The notes beneath the pieces were generated by a model, which worked only from the letters and a program-made list of their open reading frames with translations, searched no databases and was not told where the DNA came from. DNA of 64,000 nucleotides from an uncultured Nitrososphaerales archaeon (lineage in GTDB: Archaea; Thermoproteota; Nitrososphaeria; Nitrososphaerales; Nitrososphaeraceae). The position numbers and the translations under genes are program-made. Below are positions 27,153 to 38,196 of the stretch, in pieces; position 1 is the first letter of the stretch, and every line of letters begins with the position of its first letter. The stretch lies in contig CAVQMO010000001.1 in assembly GCA_963713605.1 (NCBI GenBank), positions 864,001-928,000 of the forward strand, read 5' to 3'.

Positions 27153-28274
27153 TTACCTGGACTTGCCTAACACACTCTTGACGTCCTTGAATTTTTCGTT
27201 AAGCTTTTTCATCCTTGCTTCATAACCTTTGTTATACTCAAGCTCATCAGGAACTAATGTAGCCGGGTGAATAAATCCTTGGTTACGCATCACCATAGCG
27301 CGCTCAGCTGCCCACATTCTTTGTAATTCCCAATCAGCTGTACCGAATCCATCGTGGGGACCGACAAATTTACCATTGCGCATACTAAATACAAGGCATG
27401 ACACTATTGGTAATGAATAGTTGATTGAAGCTGATGAATTCAGTTTAACGGGCATTAACGGCATGTGATGACTACCTCTGGTGTCTCCAGCAACAAAGTG
27501 TGGGTTATTGAAAGCGCTTCCGACCTCTTCGGTGGCAGGAAAATCCTTTTGGGTACGAACTATCATAATCGGATCGTCTTTACCTACGTATGTCCCAGCT
27601 ATATTGTGTAACCTATCTGTGGATGCAGAAACGATTACTTCGCCATCTTCTTCTTCTGAAGAGACTATTGAGTGAACTACGAATCTTCCGGGATACATGA
27701 GGGCCGCTTCCAACTCTGCCTTGTCCCCCCACATCTTGAGGCTTGCCAATTTTCCCGACATTACGTCCATAATTCTGAAGGTGACACCAGCGGCGAGTTT
27801 TTCGTTTATCAACAACCCAGTGTTACTTCCAGCATCTACAAAGGCGCGCCACAATGGGAAGTTAAATGCTCCTGGTTCTGTCTTGTCTGCAGCGTATATA
27901 CTGAAAACCTCACTTGGCCTTTCTTCCATCTCAATTTCTGCTACACCAGGGCCCATGCCTTTGACATTGCCTGAAAAAGCATCCTTGAGGAGATCCTGAC
28001 CTGCCCCGTACAATCCTTGTTCCTTTGCTACCTTGGTACCGGTGGTAAAGGCGTCCCACGCAAGTTTATGAATCTTCTCGTTTTCCATACCGTGCGTGTG
28101 ACTCATAATGATATGAATATCGTCACCTGTGTAGCCGATGTACAAATCAATTAGTAGGTTTTTTGAATTTTTCCTTACAAATTCCTTAACCGAATTTAAA
28201 AGTTCATCACTTGGCCTGGTATGACCTCCAATCGCGCCGATATCTGCCTTTATAGCTGATACAGTTACTTTCAT
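27153..28274 (-). CDS. fbp: Bifunctional fructose-1,6-bisphosphate aldolase/phosphatase
   Basis: IKADIG, GLYGAGQDLLKDAFSGNVKG, DKTEPGAFN, AGTYVGKDDP with catalytic Tyr and Lys. Confidence 0.96.
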   Translation of the reverse strand: MKVTVSAIKADIGAIGGHTRPSDELLNSVKEFVRKNSKNLLIDLYIGYTGDDIHIIMSHTHGMENEKIHKLAWDAFTTGTKVAKEQGLYGAGQDLLKDAFSGNVKGMGPGVAEIEMEERPSEVFSIYAADKTEPGAFNFPLWRAFVDAGSNTGLLINEKLAAGVTFRIMDVMSGKLASLKMWGDKAELEAALMYPGRFVVHSIVSSEEEDGEVIVSASTDRLHNIAGTYVGKDDPIMIVRTQKDFPATEEVGSAFNNPHFVAGDTRGSHHMPLMPVKLNSSASINYSLPIVSCLVFSMRNGKFVGPHDGFGTADWELQRMWAAERAMVMRNQGFIHPATLVPDELEYNKGYEARMKKLNEKFKDVKSVLGKSR

Positions 28275-28358
28275 TAATTTTCCCTAGCCTATTTCGCCCC
28301 GTGCATCATAAATCCTTTCCGATGGGATCTCTTCACTTTCGATATCAGGCATTGATTC

Positions 28359-28416
28359 TCAGGTAGCATGCCATCACACCACACCACTCAAGTAGCATGC
28401 CATAACACCCCACCAC
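28359..28416. repeat. Imperfect 29-bp tandem duplication upstream of fbp
   Basis: TCAGGTAGCATGCCATCACACCACACCAC followed by TCAAGTAGCATGCCATAACACCCCACCAC (3 mismatches). Confidence 0.85.
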
Positions 28417-28494
28417 CGAAATAGGCGAAGCACACTTAGACCTATGCTTAAAGGCAGACTAACTTTGTGCACCCGCCCTGAAATTGGACATCAA

Positions 28495-28797
28495 TTACCT
28501 AGAATTCACAAAATAATTGTATCTCTTTTCAACTTCCTTGTTGTTGCCTCCAAGAACCAGCTCAGTTTCTTTTTGCAACATCTTCCGAACATGCGCCTTG
28601 AATTTTTCACTTTCCGAGGAATTGGGAAAAGTGGCTAATGTATGCTCGAAGTGGTTCATGAATTCGACTACTTTATTGCAAAATTCATCTCTGGTTGGAT
28701 TCAAACAGCCTTCTATCTTGAACCAGCTTGTAGCGCAGGAACATGAATACAGTTTTGCTAGGTCCTCGATCAGCCTATCAATTTCAAAGTAATCCAA
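28495..28797 (-). CDS. Hypothetical protein
   Basis: 100-aa helical ORF with a TATA-like element upstream. Confidence 0.65.
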   Translation of the reverse strand: MDYFEIDRLIEDLAKLYSCSCATSWFKIEGCLNPTRDEFCNKVVEFMNHFEHTLATFPNSSESEKFKAHVRKMLQKETELVLGGNNKEVEKRYNYFVNSR

Positions 28798-29123
28798 CTT
28801 GGATATTTTGGCAGATAGGAAATAAGTCTGTTACTCGCCCACGTTGAAAATATGTGAGACTTTACCTTTTTCTGCAATGTCCTCTTGAAAAGTAGAGTGA
28901 GCATATCAAGAATGGTAATGATTTTTGCGGTCATTTATTCTAGTAAGAGATTATGCTCACAACTGTCACACCGCAACAGCAATCGTTAAGCGTTTTACAT
29001 GTTTGATGTATTACAAATTCGCAGTAACTTGCTGTATAATTCAAAGTCTACCCAAACTTCGCACTATATCTATTACAGAGTGACGGCTGAGATTCATAAT
29101 TTGCCATTTGTACTATTTAATAG

Positions 29124-29598
29124 CATGTCGTTTATGTTGCTGATATTATGCCTCATCGCCTATGCTGTTCACTCAGGTCTTCAAGACGCTCTCAGCAAAT
29201 CTGGCCAATCAACTCTCAACGGGAGTCTGGATATAATGCCGAGTAAGAGTTCCGCATAATCTCTACATGAAGAAATTACTGAACCACTGGGCTTTGATAA
29301 GATGACCGATATATTTGGTCAATCATTTTCAGAACCTACTAATTTTCCACAGGTTGCCCACAGTATAAATAATTTGACATATGTTTTATGGGCAAAACCA
29401 GTTGAAAACGGAGACCTGAATAAGTTAACTTTTCTTAGAAGCACAAATGATGGAGAAAGATTTGACGACCCAATAAACGTGATTTCGGAAAATGCTGATT
29501 TATTTAGGTTAGCCCCTCCTCAGACAGATATTAAAGTGGGGCATCACACTTTAAAGACCAAAAAAGAGAAAACCCAGTTATACGATATAGAGGTATGA
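29124..29598 (+). pseudogene. Truncated exported BNR/Asp-box (sialidase-like) repeat protein remnant
   Basis: Hydrophobic leader, then GQSFSEPTN..PQVA..TYVLW..FLRSTNDGERFDDPINV; only one clear Asp-box before similarity is lost. Confidence 0.55.
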
Positions 29599-29604
29599 AA
29601 GAAA

Positions 29605-29908
29605 GTGAAGATTAACTTAGAAAGAAGTGGGGGTATCATGGGTTCTGTTTCCTCCCATACTATTGACACTGACAAGCTTACAAAGTCACAAGCCACCGAG
29701 CTCGAGAAACTTCTCACACATTCAAATTTCTTCAAACTATCCTCTCTGAGATCAAGTCCGACTAGTCCTAAGGGCGCTACCTGATTATTACACGTATAAT
29801 ATTACGGTAGAAAATGCAGGCAAGAAACATTCAGTGAAGTGCACTGATCTTGCAATGCCTAAAGAATTGAAGCAATTGATTAACTCCTTATCTAAGGTAA
29901 AGAAATAA
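29605..29908 (+). CDS. Emfourin (M4in) protealysin inhibitor homologue; one frameshift near 29780
   Basis: Manual translation: MKINLERSGGIMGSVSSHTIDTDKLTKSQATELEKLLTHSNFFKL...KGAxDYYTYNITVENAGKKHSVKCTDLAMPKELKQLINSL; adjacent to an M4 protease. Confidence 0.85.
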
Positions 29909-30278
29909 GTCTCTCTAAGCTTTCATGAGTATTCGTCTCGTCGAATAGTCATGAGTCCAGATCGTATATGTGATGAATACTGCCCTGAATTTCACTTAAT
30001 TGTGCAGTCTGTTCTCGTGCACACGACTGCCCATCCTCAGAAGTGACTTAGTGGATTACTTACTTCTAGAAAGTCTGTCTGACTTTTGGAACAAAACAAT
30101 ACAGCATTTCAATTAAGAACCACAAAATGTGTTTCGGCTATGAGTAATCTACCAGTGGAAAAACCGTTGTATGCTGGGTTGGTATAATGCGTCAAAATAA
30201 GTAAATTTACTAGCAAGAGATTAATCCTAGATTAATTGAGAACAGAAATGGTAATATACTTAACCTCTATTCCGTTAA

Positions 30279-31388
30279 TTGGACATGCATTTCCATAAAA
30301 AAGGAATTTTATCCTGTAAAGGTCACAGCAATATTTGTTTCATACTGCCAGAATTTGTCAACAAGCGGATAGTTGAAAAGGGTTCAGAAGAACAGAAGCG
30401 TAGAGCGTGGCAGAATCTTATCGTAACAGAACAACTGAGGGGAAGAAGAAGTATTGTAGGTGGCTTGTACACCATGTTCCCTTCGTCTAATACGCTTTAT
30501 AGAAGCATCTTTAATGCAAAGAACGGAGAGAATCTTCCAGGCGATCTCGTCAGGGGAGAAGGGGGTAAAAAAAAAGGTGGCACTGCAATTGATGAGGCAT
30601 ATGACTACTCGGGGGACACTTACGAATTCTTTTCCAAGATCTTTGAAAGAAAATCCATTGACAATAAGGGCATGAGGCTTGATTCCACAGTTCATTATGG
30701 GGAAAATTATAACAACGCCTTTTGGAACGGCAATCAAATGGTTTATGGTGACGGTGATGGGGAAATGTTTAACCGCTTTACGATCTCCCTTGATGTAATA
30801 GGACATGAACTGGCACATGGCATAACGCAATACGAAGCAGCTCTTGAATACCAGGGGCAACCAGGCGCATTGAATGAAAGACTTCTCTGACGTCCTAGGC
30901 TCTTTGGTAAAGCAGCATACACTGAAGCAAAGTGTTGACAAGGCTGATTGGCTGATTGGAGCTGGTCTCTTTAAGAAAAAAGTAAAGGGAGAAGCACTTC
31001 GTTCAATGAAAGAACCAGGAAGCGCATATGACGATCCTGTTATTGGAAAGGATCCACAACCAGGACATATGAAGGACTATGTAGAAACCTCAAGTGATAA
31101 CGGAGGGGTGCATATAAACTCCGGAATACCAAACCGTGCCTTTTATTTGACTGCAGTTGAACTCGGTGGAAAAGCATGGGAGAGAGCAGGAATGATTTGG
31201 TACGTTACTCTTAGAGATCGCCTTAGAGAGAACTCTTCATTTCAGGATGCTGCCGGATCTAACATACAGCGTTGCGGGAAATTTGTTCGGTAACGGTGGC
31301 CCTGAACAAAAAGACTGTAGCTAACGGCTGGGGAGATGTGGGAATACAAATAAAGTCAGCGAAAGGATCAGCTAAGAAGCGGAGATAA
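30279..31388 (+). CDS. Protealysin-like M4 family metalloprotease; frameshifts near 30880, 31255 and 31312
   Basis: Short propeptide with CFILPE, NNAFWNG, HELAH (HExxH), GALNE..SD, DNGGVHINSGIPN; no signal peptide. Confidence 0.92.
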
Positions 31389-31694
31389 TTCTCTTTTCTG
31401 TTTCAGATAAGAATGGTAGTGATGCTAACGGAGACTGCTCAGTTTCAGTACAAATTTTAAGCAATATGATGGGCGAGAACAGTCTGAATCCCCATCCTCT
31501 TCTGTTCGGTATAAGTAATAAGAGAGCTGAGAATAATTTGAGAATGCAATCTCGCGTGATGAAAGTTTTGATATAATAACGCCATATCTAGATGGATAGG
31601 TGGGATTTGTCACAGACATTGGCAGAGGAGAGACCAAAAGATAAGAAATGCTAGAATTTGAAAGGAAGTTGGTCACCAAATTGGAAGAGTTCAT

Positions 31695-33122
31695 TCATTT
31701 ATAAAACAGAATCCGAAGATATCCCGAGATAATCAGGCCCCAACTTATTATAAAAAGCCAGTAATAAATACCGAGGTTAAAGCTATTGGCAGCAATGAAT
31801 AGGTCGTCCTCGCGTATATCCGGATTATCTAATGTAATAATACCATTTACTAAAAGAGAGGATGCGATGAACAATAAGAAAGGAACGAAGAATAAGATGA
31901 GCTGGACTGGCTGCTTCCTCTTGGGAATAATCGGGTCTATCCATAATGATGAAAGGAAAGTAACATGACGGTCTATTCTTGTAATACCTCTCGGGTCCTT
32001 TCTTACCTGCATGAGTGTGTTGAGCTCCTTCTTGATAGTCATGGTCTGTTGAAGTATGTGAGCAAAGACAAAGAATCCGGCTGCCAAGAAAAATGGGAAC
32101 CAAACTATTGCTTCATTCAGGCCCAGTGGGATATTTCCTAACGGGGATTCGAACTGGTTGAAACGACCTTCGAGTTTTTTTATTCCGTCAACCACAAACA
32201 AAACACCGGCTTCGAAGCCATTTCTAAATCTCTCTAACTCTGTCCTGAACTGGATTATTTTCTCACTTGTTTGAGGACTCATGGCCTGAGTAAATTCTAA
32301 TATGCCGTTACTAGGTGCCGAATAAGTTCTTAGATTACGCAACTCATTGGTAACATTGGAGAGATAAGGTGTAGGTCCCAAATCCGTAGCGATTTGGTCA
32401 ACAGGAGGTTCAATGAATGGCAAAGTTAGTGTCGAGTTGGGCACTTGATTTGCCGATGTCGATTCAGCAGATATTCGTTTTCTTATCTTTCCGATAAGGT
32501 TTTCCACTTCTTGAGCATCAGAGACCAATTGTGATTGTATTGGACTAATAACATTGAATGTTGAAGAGTATAGATTCTTAACTATTAGCGCTGATTGATT
32601 GTTCTTAACCTGGAGATTACAATCTACCCATGCCCTACTTACAGGCTGTAGTTGATCGCATGCCGGATTTAATAGAATGAGTTCAATCAATCTCTGAATC
32701 CCTGCGTCTGTGAACACTAAGGCCCGTTCTATTTAATAGATAGTGGATCTTATTTAGAGACGCAGCATAGGTTTCTACATCTTGTTTTATCTTTGAATGT
32801 TCAATATTGAAATTATTAGACTGTTCCTCTATACGCCTAGATTCGTTTACTATATCATTTAGGAGCCCTATTACCGTAGACGTATCATCTAAAAGCCAAT
32901 CAGACCTTGCAAGACGCTCAGACTCTCATCTTTAAAGAATAATACGGCAGAAGCAATAAGAAGAAGAAGAAAATGCCTACACCAACAAGTATTATGAAAG
33001 GATCGCTGGAGGTCAGAAGATCTGTTTTCAAAAGTCTTTTGTATTTCATTAATCTTGTCATCTACCCCCCCACTGTCTCGCTCTGCCATCTCAATTCCTC
33101 TCCTTTTTTTTAACTTAGACAC
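31695..33122 (-). CDS. Hypothetical membrane protein (N-terminal TM, large soluble domain, 3 C-terminal TMs); several frameshifts
   Basis: ORFs 32889-33122 and 31695-32717 plus intervening coding-like frames on the same strand. Confidence 0.6.
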
Positions 33123-33275
33123 ATTAGCGCATGAAATACTATTTCAATTTGACTAAGAGTAGGACCTCATTAACCATTTATGTTAATGAATCACTCGTTG
33201 ATTTAACCCGTTATCCCCAGTAGGTTTCACTCGAGCACAAGATTATTAAGTTGTAATTAAGAAGATTCTGCTGTA

Positions 33276-33674
33276 TTGGAACCGCACACTTATAGAAAAA
33301 GGCCAATCCTTTCACTCATTTTCCTTATGCCCGTCTTTTCATTTACCTACCTCATTCAGGTTGCCGTAGGCCAAAACGAGACTTTGTCTGTTTCCATCGT
33401 TCCTGGTTAGGCTTCTCCATTTAACGGGCAATTTTATCGTTCCGAATGCTGTAACTGTTTCCCCAATACCTCAGTCAGTTGGACAAATCAAGATACCAGT
33501 TCGCATACAATAACTTCAGGTGTTTTCACTACAGGCCCATCTGGTCAGTTCGATTCTGGACTACTAAATACAGGAGCAACATTTACGCATCAATTCGCGA
33601 CCCCTGGAGTATTTACATATTATTGTACTATTTTTCCATTTATGTCTGGGGTAGTGAATGTCACAGCACCGTGA
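33276..33674 (+). CDS. Exported plastocyanin/azurin-like cupredoxin; in-frame TAG and compensating indels
   Basis: Manual translation: signal peptide, VSIVPG, WTNQDTSSHTITSG, FDSGLLNTGATFTHQF, GVFTYYCTIFPFMSGVVNV. Confidence 0.8.
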
Positions 33675-33861
33675 GATATGGAAAAGACTTGATAGAAATA
33701 TCCAAATTAACTTATTCTGCTCTTCTAATGCTATTGACAGTTTGACGAGAGCGGAGTCAATTCCAATTTGGTAACACGTTTGAGGAACCAGATAGGGGAA
33801 GGGGGTGACTATAGGTTCGAAAGTTTTGGGCTTCTTTTTAACAAACCATGACTACTAATCT

Positions 33862-34793
33862 TTACCAGTTACCGCCAAACCCAAATTCGCCTAAATCCAA
33901 CCATTCTTGCTTTATAATTGTCCAAATGTCGTCTGCAGAGGTGCATCTGCGTTTTCTTGCTTTACAAAGTACTTCATTGGGATCCACCCGTACCCTCGCT
34001 CTCCCCAATTTGTTCCCCAAGAGTTCTTGAATAGAAATGCTCCACCTTCGCCCTTTTTCTCGTCATATCCAACTATAGTAACAGCGTGACCACCTTGCAC
34101 TGATTCGGTTGGTTTAGGATAAGGAACGAAACCGCCGTTACCGGCTGCCTCCTCGAATGAGTCAAATACCGTGAAACCCATTCCAAGGCAGAATCCCTTT
34201 CCCAAATATTCTTTCATCCTTGTAGTCAGCTGATCATTCGACGGAATTCCTTTGTCCAATCTAAAGTATTTAGTGACTTGAAAGGATTGAGCGAAACCGG
34301 CGTTAAGTACATCAGGTGTATCGTCGAATTTTGAAACATCATACGGATAGTATTCTTCTGGAGGAGCGCCATAAACTACTAAAGCACCTAATGCGCTTCT
34401 AATGTATGCACCAGTATCTCCTGTCAGGTGGAGGAGCCAACGGGTCGTCTTATAAATGAAGAGCCGCGACAATTCCACGTAACTGCTTTTCCCCCGTTTG
34501 CTCATGTATTCGTACATATTTAGCAGCCATATTTGCGGTGCAGCTACCCAATTGACCTTGATCTTTAACTGGAGAACAATAGTTGCGATTGTCAACTTTA
34601 ACTGGAAGTCTCTTTGCTTTAAATGTCTTGTCTTTAGTTTGCAACAGAGACTTGATTCTAGTATCTTTTTGACCGCTAGTTGATCTCGCTTCTATTATTA
34701 CTTCCTTTCCACGTCGCTGGGTCCATAGTCTTTTATGGAAGGATAGTCCTTCAGCCAACCAAATCTTTTGATCTTGTATCCGAAATCGGGCAT
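33862..34793 (-). CDS. C1A papain-like cysteine protease; several frameshifts
   Basis: FGWLKDYP propeptide, VKDQGQLGSCTAN (Gln/Cys), SRLFIY, GGHAVTIVGYD (His), FKNSWG (Asn). Confidence 0.9.
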
Positions 34794-35085
34794 GATTGCA
34801 ATTAATTGTTATAACCTTTAAGTATTCCCAAGGAATTGACTTTAGTAAATGACAGATCAGAATCTCGCCTATTAATTGTGAATACGAAACTGCAAACATT
34901 ATGTCTTTACTGCTATCTAAATTGCCTCTATATCGGTACACTTTCACCGAGCCTGCACCTAAGATCGGCATCCAATGTCAATATAGGGTTAGTGAGTACC
35001 GATAACGACGTAGCTTGGACCAAATACTGATTGAAAACCTTTTCAAATTTTGGTACATGGCCCATGGCTCAAGGTTCGTTAACGC

Positions 35086-36438
35086 CTACATAAACCGAAT
35101 GGGTTGATTTTCATAATCATTTTCATTCTGAGTGTCTTTTAAGAAAATGTCTTCTCCGGGAAACGCTTGGCCTTCGTTGTTTGGTGGGACAAAGAAAAGA
35201 CCACAACCGCGGACGAGAAGCATCCTCGCGCTCCCTGGAATTGGATTTTCCGGATCTCCACCGAAGTTTGCCCTGCCTAGTCCATATTGTAATATCCGGT
35301 ATAAGCGTTCAGTATCGCTCTGGAAACTTACAAAGTTTAATCCGGCACAAAAATAAGGGTAACGTTCTGCAGGTTCGAGGAACTCATAACCCTGCCTAAA
35401 AATGAGATCTGAGGCAGTCCTTTTGCCGTCCTTACCATAAGCCTTAAGCATGCGACCTACATGGCTATCCTCTAAAATCATGTTGGTGCTGTTGCTGTTG
35501 CAATTCTCTTCCGGATAAGAGCGAAAGGACTTGTTTCTATCATCGGTTATTTCATATGTCCCCTCAACAGGACAGCCCATAACCGGGATGTTCCTATCAT
35601 TCTCATCTATTCCAATTATGGGACAACCCGTAGACTTGACTCTGCCCACCAACCTTTCCTGCTGTTTCACTGGGATTGCTTCCCAAGCGCTCAAATCAAT
35701 GGCCATTCTTATATAGGCCATGTAGGTGCCGTTTATGGTCCAATATTCTGCAGGATCCGCTTTTTCCTTGCCTATCGTTATCGCCGACGTACGTTCAGAG
35801 CTTTCAATATTGGAGATGCCGTCATGAAATCCCAACCAACTTCGTTTGTCAGGACGGCTAAATCCGGTATGAAACGATCTCATTACAACAGGAGCGCAGG
35901 CTGTATCTCTCTCAAGCTTCCTTAACGTTTTCCAAGTCTCTACCACTGCTCTATGAGTCGATAATTGGCTATCACCAATAAACTGGATGATGAAATGGTC
36001 GTTTGCAATTTCATTGCGAGCGACATCATCAGCATATTTTAGACCAGTATCTCCGAGAATTGGGCCGCCACCTACCGTAGGCTCGCGGAACAACCATTGT
36101 CCTGCTAGATAACTCGGTTTTGTCCTTTTAATTCCATCAATCTCAAATGTCTTCGGACCAAAACCAATAAGGACAGATAGGTTCCCACTATAGAGGTGAT
36201 TTCCATCAAAGTTAAGACCATCAATAATCCCCTCTTGCAGTTTCAAATATGTATTCCATAGAGCTGACAAAGTGTTCCTAATCTTCGCAGGATGGTGCTG
36301 GTCAGTTGATCTAAGAAAAACAACTGCGAACGAATTGCCAGGTTCATTTCCCTCAGAGTAATATATGCCCTGTTGAAGCCTTCCAGACATTAATGATCCT
36401 TCTAATGTTTCTTGATTTATAAACTCCACCCCGGGCAA
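35086..36438 (-). CDS. Dye-decolourising (DyP-type) heme peroxidase
   Basis: LGFHDGISN (GxxDG), QERLVGR, SHVG proximal His, IFRQGYEF distal Arg, GLNFVSFQ, FFVPP. Confidence 0.88.
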   Translation of the reverse strand: MPGVEFINQETLEGSLMSGRLQQGIYYSEGNEPGNSFAVVFLRSTDQHHPAKIRNTLSALWNTYLKLQEGIIDGLNFDGNHLYSGNLSVLIGFGPKTFEIDGIKRTKPSYLAGQWLFREPTVGGGPILGDTGLKYADDVARNEIANDHFIIQFIGDSQLSTHRAVVETWKTLRKLERDTACAPVVMRSFHTGFSRPDKRSWLGFHDGISNIESSERTSAITIGKEKADPAEYWTINGTYMAYIRMAIDLSAWEAIPVKQQERLVGRVKSTGCPIIGIDENDRNIPVMGCPVEGTYEITDDRNKSFRSYPEENCNSNSTNMILEDSHVGRMLKAYGKDGKRTASDLIFRQGYEFLEPAERYPYFCAGLNFVSFQSDTERLYRILQYGLGRANFGGDPENPIPGSARMLLVRGCGLFFVPPNNEGQAFPGEDIFLKDTQNENDYENQPIRFM

Positions 36439-36506
36439 GGGTTCGCATTCAATACTTATTGTTACATTGCTTAGAAGGAGGACGATCTCGAGTCGTCACA
36501 CATATC

Positions 36507-37869
36507 TCATTTAGACGGCCGATTTACCTTTGATGCCTTTTCTTTTTCCTTCAAAACGAATCTTATGTACTCCTCCAGTTCCTCTCCTTCTAGCGCCGGC
36601 TGAATTCCGCTATTTTCTTCTCACTCGCTAGCCAGTCTTTTTGTAGTCGTCTTGACCTTATTTTCTATTTGCTGTTGCATTTGAGAATTTCCAATTCTCG
36701 ACATAAATCTTAACTCTTTTTCTACGGAGTTATGAATTGAAGATCTAAGTTTATGGTCAAATGAAACGGAGATTGCAGAACTATAAATGCCTATCAACAG
36801 TAGATATGAAGAAATACCAAAAAATGATAGCGTAAGAAGACCGAACGGAGGGTATGGGAGCATGAAAATTCCAGTATCAGGACTCGAGATGGAAAGAAGT
36901 ATTATTCCAAAAGCAGATAACCTCAAATAGTAGCGAATTTTCTCGTCTTGGAGGGTGCTTGATATCTTCCAAAATGCTACACCAAATAGTATTCCTCCAA
37001 TAGATCGTGTCAGTACTAGATTTATTACATTAAAGGTGTAACTCTGAATGGCATTTAGGATTTCATACTGAGCGAATATAATTGATATTATAAATTGAAA
37101 TACACCAAAATAATATGCTAGAGGAATAGCGACAATTAGCCAGAATTTAATAGCACTCCATTTTCTTCTTGTCTGATTTAATAATAGTACCTGAGGCTAC
37201 CCAAAGAGAAACAAATGACGCTGCTGACACATATGATTGAAATTCCTTGAATGAAAAGTTTGTAATATTTGGAGTCGATACAGCGATTCTGGATGAATCA
37301 ATAATGCTGCGGTTGTATTTCATTTCTGACAATATAAGGGTTGCTAAAAATACGGAACCCATAGTGATCATTATCATAGTAACGGCGTATGCAAACACAA
37401 TCCGGTCTCTACCGTATTTGAGCCAAATTATGAATCGAAATGCGAGTATCCCAGTGAGACATGTAGAAAGAAAGACGCTCAGTAATATTGGGATTGTCAC
37501 TGTTAAGGAGTTATATTCATTTAGAACTTCCGTTTGTACAATTACAGAAAGTAGAAAAGCGATTATGACAAGTTGAATTACTAATACCCCGATATACGTG
37601 ATCTTCGTATCTTTTTTAAGATTTCGCAAGTTTGAATTCAGGGTAAGACTTGCTCTAATTATACTTAAAAAAAGCAATTGACACAGAATACACGTCAAAA
37701 CCTGCAACACGAAGAAGAAGTGAACGGGAAAAGAATTTTGTGCCCGAAGATCATAGAATGGAAGATGAGGTAAAATTCCATCTACTAGTAATAGAATTAC
37801 AACTACCACAGTGAGAATTGACGCGGTTGTAGTTTTTGAGTGTAGATTTATCGTATTTTGAATATCCAT
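36507..37869 (-). CDS. Uncharacterised polytopic membrane protein (about 10 TM, about 450 aa) with charged helical C-terminal tail; interrupted by indels and a stop
   Basis: ORFs 37147-37869 and 36621-36926 are joined by FWLIVAIPLAYY...IGGILFGVAFWKI; PYPPFGL motif; tail EENSGIQPALEGEELEEYIRFVLKE. Confidence 0.8.
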
Positions 37870-38196
37870 TCCTGACGAAGTATCTTGTTTTTATGTGATG
37901 AAGATACATAAATGTATTAACAGCATACCACCAAATGTTTGAATAATCATCTGCGAAGCGATTGAACAGGTTTGGCGGAGAATTAAAACACAGTATGAAA
38001 ATATACTTTGTATCGTCGGCAGAAAGACTGTTCTGTGATTTTCTTTACGGTTCAAAAGAACGTGGATCCTGTTGAGTCTTGAGTACCTTAACAGGCTCGA
38101 CTCACAGCAAGACAGTTCAAAATAGTCCCAATTTCTGTTTTAATAGTCCTACCTACTACCTACTAAGTTTAAATCATAGCTCTTAGAATTGAACCT

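Noticed and set aside
28359..28416. Mini CRISPR array
   Set aside because: Two abutting units with no spacer and no cas genes.
33400..33415. Pyrrolysine or selenocysteine readthrough at the in-frame TAG (and TGA at 36621)
   Set aside because: The stops are not at catalytic positions, no Pyl/Sec machinery is visible, and the local error rate is high.
35086..35160. Encapsulin cargo-loading peptide on DyP
   Set aside because: The C-terminus lacks the LxIGSL-like motif and no encapsulin shell gene is present.
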